Shown here piece by piece: positions 55,940-64,000 of a stretch of 64,000 nucleotides of DNA. The position numbers and the translations under genes are program-made. The notes under the pieces are model-generated. The model did not search any database, was not told where the DNA came from, and worked only from the letters and a program-made list of their open reading frames with translations. Position 1 is the stretch's first letter; every line of letters starts with the position of its first letter. The stretch lies in contig OZ024742.1 of NCBI GenBank assembly GCA_964016885.1, positions 4,898,001 through 4,962,000 of the forward strand, given 5' to 3'. This stretch comes from Eledone cirrhosa (Eukaryota).

Positions 55940-57574
55940 TATATGTGTGTGTGTGCATTTGTAGTAAGGTTGCTTAGATGCGTCCATAGGTGGTATACCA
56001 GTTGAGCACTCTATCCTCTTTCAGAGCAGTGTATATAGAAAATGAAGAATCAGTGATCATCGAAACACAATGTATTAACGTATTAGAATTGTTTCCCGGC
56101 GAACAGCTCGAGGTGCGATCTATTCGTGGATCGAACCTCACTCTGGATTCGCAAGTTCCTCAGATACGTCTAGTGACTTCGAAGCAAATCTTGTGTCTGA
56201 TGTATTCTGTCCCTTTGAGTTTCCTCCATGTGTCATCATCCTGTTTACGTGGCCCATCCATTGGTCAAGAGTTCGAGTCATCATCTGTATGTTTGACCAT
56301 TCAAAACTGCCCACTGTCTATTTCCATTCAGCTGTCTCTCACCTTAATTCTGTCGCCAGAATTACTGCTACGTAGGCAGGGGGTTGTAATCTGCCTTGCC
56401 TGTCCCGAGTTTGCCCGTACCTCGACATACATACACCCACACATACGTGTGCTCACACACAGACACTCATAACTCCTGATCACACACGTATTTCTGCGTA
56501 CATGTACGCACACACCCGCACATACGCGTATACCCGTACACATACATATATTCATACGCTCATACATGGGTACATGCATACACAGATATACACCCACATG
56601 TACACATACACGGACCCACAGATATACATATATATATATACGTATATATATACAAATTAAAATGAAGAATTAGAAATAGAAGCTAGGACTATCCATCATC
56701 AGTGGTCTACTAGCCATCATAGGTATTATATATATATATATATATATACATATATATATACACATACATATACATACATATACCCGCGCGTACACAGGCA
56801 CACATCCAAGCCTACTCATATATATATATATACACACACATACATATATGCACCCATATATATATGCACACACACACGGACATAGATACACACGCACACA
56901 CATATATAATTACAGACACTCGTAATTGTGCGTGCGTGTGCATATACGTTCTTACGGGCACTCTTTCACAGGTTTAGGTGTACACCCCTGCATACATCTG
57001 TCCATACACACAACCCTCAGACGTGCACACAGACAGACACACATGCGCACACACATATACAAACACATACGCCTACAGGTGCCCACACAGAAATATATAC
57101 ATGTATATAAACACACCTACATACATACACATATGCATGCATACATTTACATACATACATATACACACACATACATGTGTGGATTTCGTACCCTTGTACG
57201 TCGTGACTACCCATGCACACACGCGTAAGTACATACACACGCAGCCGTGCACATACACGCATATCCATGTTTGGGTCCGTTTAGACACATACATGCGTAT
57301 ACACACATCCACATACGCTCGCATATATGCCCAGGCATGGACCCACATTTACATATATACATACAGATCCACACACCTACATATACAATCATGCATACCC
57401 GCACTCACCCATATGCAAGTGCACATACATGCCTATATGGTCGCACTCACGCATAAGTGGACAAGCACGCGGGCGCTTACACATGCCCACGGGTGTGGAC
57501 AAACAGACAGATATATATACAAAACAAAATTGTAAAATTATAATAAAAGATTAAATTGTTTAGAACTACAATTG

Positions 57575-57760
57575 AAGGATTGGCAGTATCGGTAGGGGGT
57601 CGGATGCCATGCTTTGACGCATTGAGTTACGGCCCTTGCCATTCTGAGTTCTAATCCCGCCGAGGTTAACTTTGCTTTTCATCCTTACGGGGTCGATAAA
57701 ATAAAGTACCAGTAATGTATTGGGTAATTCCTGGCCTTGTGCCAAAAGTAGAAACAATTA
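57575..57760 (+). mobile_element. tRNA-derived SINE, same family as 53735
   Basis: A-box-like tggcagtatcgg, B-box gagttctaatccc, shared core, tagaaac end. Confidence 0.7.
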
Positions 57761-58726
57761 TTTTCCTGTTTTCAAATATATATATAATATATATTGATTT
57801 AAATAACGTAAGGCTTTTAAATCCATTGAAAAATTGTAATATTTCCTAATTACTTCCCTTATGTTATTAACTCCATTTGTGATAATCTCTTTTTTACTAT
57901 TTAAATTCCAACCGTTACAGTTACTTAACACCACTGTTATTAGATTTAGTGAAAACGATGTTTTAACTCCTATTGTAATTCTCGATAGAAGTTCTACAGA
58001 GTGGAATGTATTACACAATCTTTTTCTAATACATTTATTGACATGGCAACAGAAACCGTGGGATTAATATTTACTTCATACATATATTTAAACTTTACCA
58101 ATCTATGTCCATTGCTCACATACGCTACTACTATAAATAGTAACATTTTAAACATTAAAGCTTTGCATTACACCCAACATAAACATTTTTATATTAACTC
58201 CAATATAAACATATTTGAATGCTACTAACTTGTTTTATATTATTTACATTACATAACATTTATATCTATGTTATCATTACCTATCTATTTTTACCATAAT
58301 GCATGCTACTATTAATATTCTGTATATAATAAGCTTGATGTATTCACTTTCTGTCTTACCTTATGCATGATATTACTAACATTCTATATATTTTGCGTCA
58401 TATATTCACTTGTAGTTATACCCTTACTATAACACCTTTCAATACTTTGATATCTTTTTACTGTAATATCATGTATTTTCTTGCTATCATTTTGCACCTG
58501 TATTACCTTTATGCATACTACTATTAACTTTCTGTGTAATATGCTTATTATACTCACTTTAAGCAATAACCTCTTTACAACAACTCCCAATATTTTGCTA
58601 TCTGTTCACTATAACATTTTGTTACTCTTGCTTTTCAATATGATGTCACTGACACTGTTTATAATAATGTATCTTAATGAATGTTCTAAGGACTAGGAAT
58701 GTAATTACTTGTTTAAACGTTGTGTA

Positions 58727-58773
58727 TGCTCCGATGATTCCAGACAATTGTCTGGAAGAACCGATCGTCAGCA
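58727..58773 (+). ncRNA. Variant minimal hammerhead
   Basis: UGCU-CCGAUGA-UUCCAGAC AAUU GUCUGGAA-GAAC-CGAUCG-UC-AGCA: all three stems present, two core substitutions. Confidence 0.6.
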
Positions 58774-58812
58774 ATTAAATGCATTAAACAAAAATTTGAT
58801 TGTTTTATATTT

Positions 58813-58869
<57 letters not shown>

Positions 58870-61839
58870 ATATTTGGGGAGGGTCATATTTGCGTAATAT
58901 TGCCAGAATTAATAACAGAACACACTCACTGTTTGGTTGGTTTTCGCTTCTCGCTGTCTTTTATATATATATATCTGCGATCTAACTTACTCGGTCCTCA
59001 ATGTTGCCATTGACTGACCGGCGGTCAAAAATAATACAGATACAATATAGACAAACACATATATATATATAGTTTACATAAATCTTTCGTTGCACATCTG
59101 CAACATCGTCAGTGGTGTTATATTCATTGTTCCTCCTGTTGTGTTGTATGTCTACGCCATTTTTTTTTTGTTCAGTCTGTCTATATATTTATTTATTTAT
59201 TTGCTTGTTTGTTTATCTTATTTTATTTTGTCTTCTTTGCGCATGCGTTTGCGTGTGTGTATAGTGTTATGTGTGATGTGTGATGTGTGACTAGTGTGTA
59301 TAGTGTTGTCTGCTGGGTGACTAGTGTGTGTTTATGTGCCTGTGTATGTATTTATTTATCTTATTTTATTTAATTTAATTTACTTATTTATTTATACTTC
59401 TCTTAGGTCAGTGTTGTTTGTTTGGGTGTTGTTGTTGTTCCACTCATTCTTTCTGTTTAGCTTTGGTCTTCTAATTTCTATTTCACTGGCCTCTCTGATT
59501 TGCCTATCTGCTGGGTCATTCCTATGTTTAGATATTATTCTAATTTCTATGTTGTCTATGTTACCGTCATGATGTTGTCTAGCATGTTCGTATAGTACTG
59601 ACCCGTTATATATATATATATATCAAAGGTAGAACTATACTAGCAATTCTCAAAGGTAGAGAATTAAAATGATAGTATGTAATTGCCAATTTTTACAAAA
59701 TGAATAGCTCAATGTGTTTATATAATATATAGTTTTTTTTTTCTGAAAGAAGTAAAATTGTCCCATTAATACCCTTTTTTATATATTTATTTATATATAT
59801 ATAATACAATAATACGCATGCCTCCATTCGTTTTCATGCATCATTCCGTTTACCTTGTATTGTTGAACAATAGATGATTTGATGTAATTATATTCAAATC
59901 TATGAAGAACTTTGGTAAACTTTGCAGAAGAATCGATTCTCGTTGACTTTACAAAATATCATATTATATATATATATGTATGTATGTGTGTGTGTGGGGG
60001 GGGGGGGTATCATATGTTTCCACTTCAGTTCTTTAACTCATGATAGCTCCAGTGTTTTTTTTTTCCCTTACATATACAATAAAACAAAACTTACTACGTA
60101 TATCTCGCCAAGGAATAGATAGAATATTACAAACACCCCTAGCCAAAGAATACATTAAGATAACATGTAGCTGGAATTAATAAGAAAAGTGGTCAGTTTT
60201 TGTTTAAATAAATGAATACATATATTTCTCTCTTTTTTTTTTTTTAGTCTTATTTCATTCAATCCTTACGATAATATTCTAGCCTTAAGAATGTATAATT
60301 TTTTTAGAGGAGAAATAAAAAAGAACGTAGAGCATGTAAAATATGTAAATATTTGCTTTCATACATTTACAAAAGGAATTTGTACTTTTAATTTTCGTTA
60401 CTTCCGCCATTTTGCGCTTATGAACCGTTCTTTTGTTCTTTTTCTTTTTGTTATAATTTTGTTTTATTTCTTTGACTGTTTTTACTGATAACGATGGTAT
60501 AAAATCGATAAGTTAATGAATACTGGGTCTTGTAAGCGGAATAGTTTCGAAACCTATTCTTCCTTTCGGTTATACATACTTGTAAACACTTTCTGTAAAA
60601 TAAACGTAGAATTTTTATGAAAGCTCTATTGTAATTGGAAATGTATGTGTAGGACCTGTTTTTTTTTGTATTGTATTTGGTGAAAATACAAGTGACGTAT
60701 ATACGATTCTAGTGTATAATAATCTACTTTTCTATACATTTTCCTCTCTTGTTCTACTTGTATGAAGTTGCTGTTTATCTTTAGTATTTAGCTTCCCTCT
60801 TTGTTACAGTTGTTCCTTCTTCTTTGTGTCGTTGCTTTTAATGATACTCTTATTGTTGTTATACTTGTGTGTATGTTTATTATGTTCTTTCTGTTGTTCC
60901 TATTGTACTTAGTTTTGTTGATCTTGTTATAGTTGTGGTGTCTGTGGTTTTGGTGGGTTTTGTTATGGTTGTGGTGTCTGCGGTTTTGGTGGATTTTATT
61001 TGGTTGTGATTGTTGGAATTGATGTAAATGTTGTAGTTGGTCGTATATATTTATTGTCTTTCATTGTTTCGGTTGTAATTCAAGTAGATTTAATATATTT
61101 TCTTGTTAGTTTGTCGATGTTATAGCCACAGTGTGCCAATATATATATATATGTGGGGGGGGATGTGTGTGTGTTGGGTGTGTGTGTTGGGGGGGGGTGA
61201 GTGTGTGTGTGTAAGTGAGAGAGAGCGAGAGAGAGAGAGAGAGCTGCTCTGTTTGTTGAAAACAAGTGTAGATAACACGTCACTATCCCCCTCATCCCGC
61301 TGTAGAACTTTGTTCTGAAATCAGTCCAGCACAAACGTGAAAGGCATACGATTCTGTGCAACATACAACACAGTAATCACCAAAGGATGCGAACAATATA
61401 TCTGTAAATTCATTACAAAACCTTTGGGCATACTCAATCCCAAGGTAGAAGTCATGCATTGCTACGTGTTGCCAAACACGATATAATCATCATTATATTC
61501 ACACAAAGGAATTTTGATCGCAAATATGGATGTGTTAACGTAACGATTTGAGAGTTCTAATATTTCGAGTAAACTCTTCGTCGGAAGATAACAAACGTGT
61601 TAATTGTTTATGGTGACAATATGATTTGGAAGAATCGTCACAAAATTCCCTGAAACTTTTAATTACAGCCCTTTACATTCGGAATTCAAATCTTATTAAT
61701 GTCCAAATTATTTTTTATTTTTCTAAAGTTGATAAAATATAGCAACAGTCAATTACTGTTTTACCAAACGGAAAAAAATGGCTGCATAATTATTATAATA
61801 TTAGCATATATATATATACATATATATATATAAAGAGAG

Positions 61840-62924
<1,085 letters not shown>

Positions 62925-62938
62925 GGGGGGTGATAATA

Positions 62939-64000
62939 TCTGTATATATATAAAATTAAGTATGTCTGTGTGTGTGTCTGTGTGTCTGTGTATTACCTAT
63001 AGAGGCCTACATCTTACTACCGATTTCAATGAAACTTTACAGGCTAATAGATTAGTCATCGGGGAGCTTTTTCTATATATCAGCGTATCGTTCTTTTTAT
63101 TCCAAGGTTATTCTGCAGATATAAATCGATAGGGGTCACCTTTTTTTAGGTATCGAAAAATAAGATTTTTGGCTCTAGCTCCCACATTTTCCCACCGACT
63201 TCGTTCAAATTTTAAAGCAAAATACAATTTATCATTATACATCCTGTAATGGCTTTATATTTTGCATTTGTTGTTCAGGGACGGCGTGGCAGCCGCTTAA
63301 ATATTGAAAAATATAACTTTTAGACTCAAATTTCGGCTCTAGCTCCCACATTAATCAACCTACTTTGTTCAGATTTTACACTACGCTAGATATGATTATT
63401 TCACGTCTTAAAGTGGCTTTACATTTTGGATTCTTTGTTCATAAATATTCGAAAATACCGCCTTTTCGGCTCTAGCTCCCACATTTTTCAACTGATTTCG
63501 TTCAAATTCGAAACTTTGGCTCCACCTCACACATAAATCAATTTATTTGGTTCAACTTTTATACTACGATAGAACCTATCATTAGCTCCCACATTTTTCA
63601 ACCGATTTCGTTCAAATTCGAAACTTCGGCTCCACCTCACTCATAAATCAATTTATTTGGTTCAACTTTTATACTACGATAGAACCTATCATTGCACATC
63701 TTATAGAAGATCAAAGGCAAAACGATGGCCACTGACGTCGTCTGGTATTTGAGAATTCATCGGTTTCCAATCAAGTAGCGTGAGAAAATTTGGCTTAGTG
63801 TTAGAGGTCATTACTTCCCTCCCCCAGCATGCCCCTTCGTCAGATACCCGCGTTTCTCAGAGATAGAGGCCATCACCACCCTCCCCCGTATGGCCTGTGT
63901 GTGGCCATAGATGAGTCATCGAGAAGCAGTCGCTAAAGATCAACATCTTTTCATCAAAGCAGATATTATTTTACCTACCCAGGCAACGCTGAGTACTGAT
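62939..64000 (+). mobile_element. Probable non-autonomous Helitron with internal tandem repeats
   Basis: A|TC start, tatatataaaa, (TG/TGTC) tract, ccgatttcaatgaaactt, repeated ggctctagctcccaca units, ccaggcaacgctgagtac hairpin-like end at the window edge. Confidence 0.55.

Noticed and set aside
55990-56472. 160-aa ORF as a host exon
   Set aside because: No recognisable domain or convincing splice context; needs BLASTX.
61545-61590. Minus-strand CCGACGA...GAAA motif
   Set aside because: Stems I and III are too weak to support a call.

Overview
AT-rich eukaryotic repeat-dominated window with no recognisable host gene. The SINE/LINE/Penelope mix and dense TA/TG/TAA microsatellites suggest an invertebrate, probably a cephalopod (inference). 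1-8.6 kb is an interrupted (TA)n array. 10-28.5 kb holds Naiad-type Penelope-like elements (PLEs), including a ~5.3 kb inverted double element with four hammerhead ribozymes, plus a decayed L1/Tx1 LINE. 30.4-48.1 kb is a pile-up of Tx1-type (- strand) and R4/Dong-type (+ strand) LINEs separated by (TAA)n. 48-64 kb has SINEs, fold-backs, minisatellites and a probable non-autonomous Helitron. The most notable signals are the intact, variant and half hammerheads tied to PLE termini and fold-backs in (TA)n, and two unrelated LINE clades sharing (TAA)n sites in opposite orientation. All calls are by eye and boundaries are approximate.
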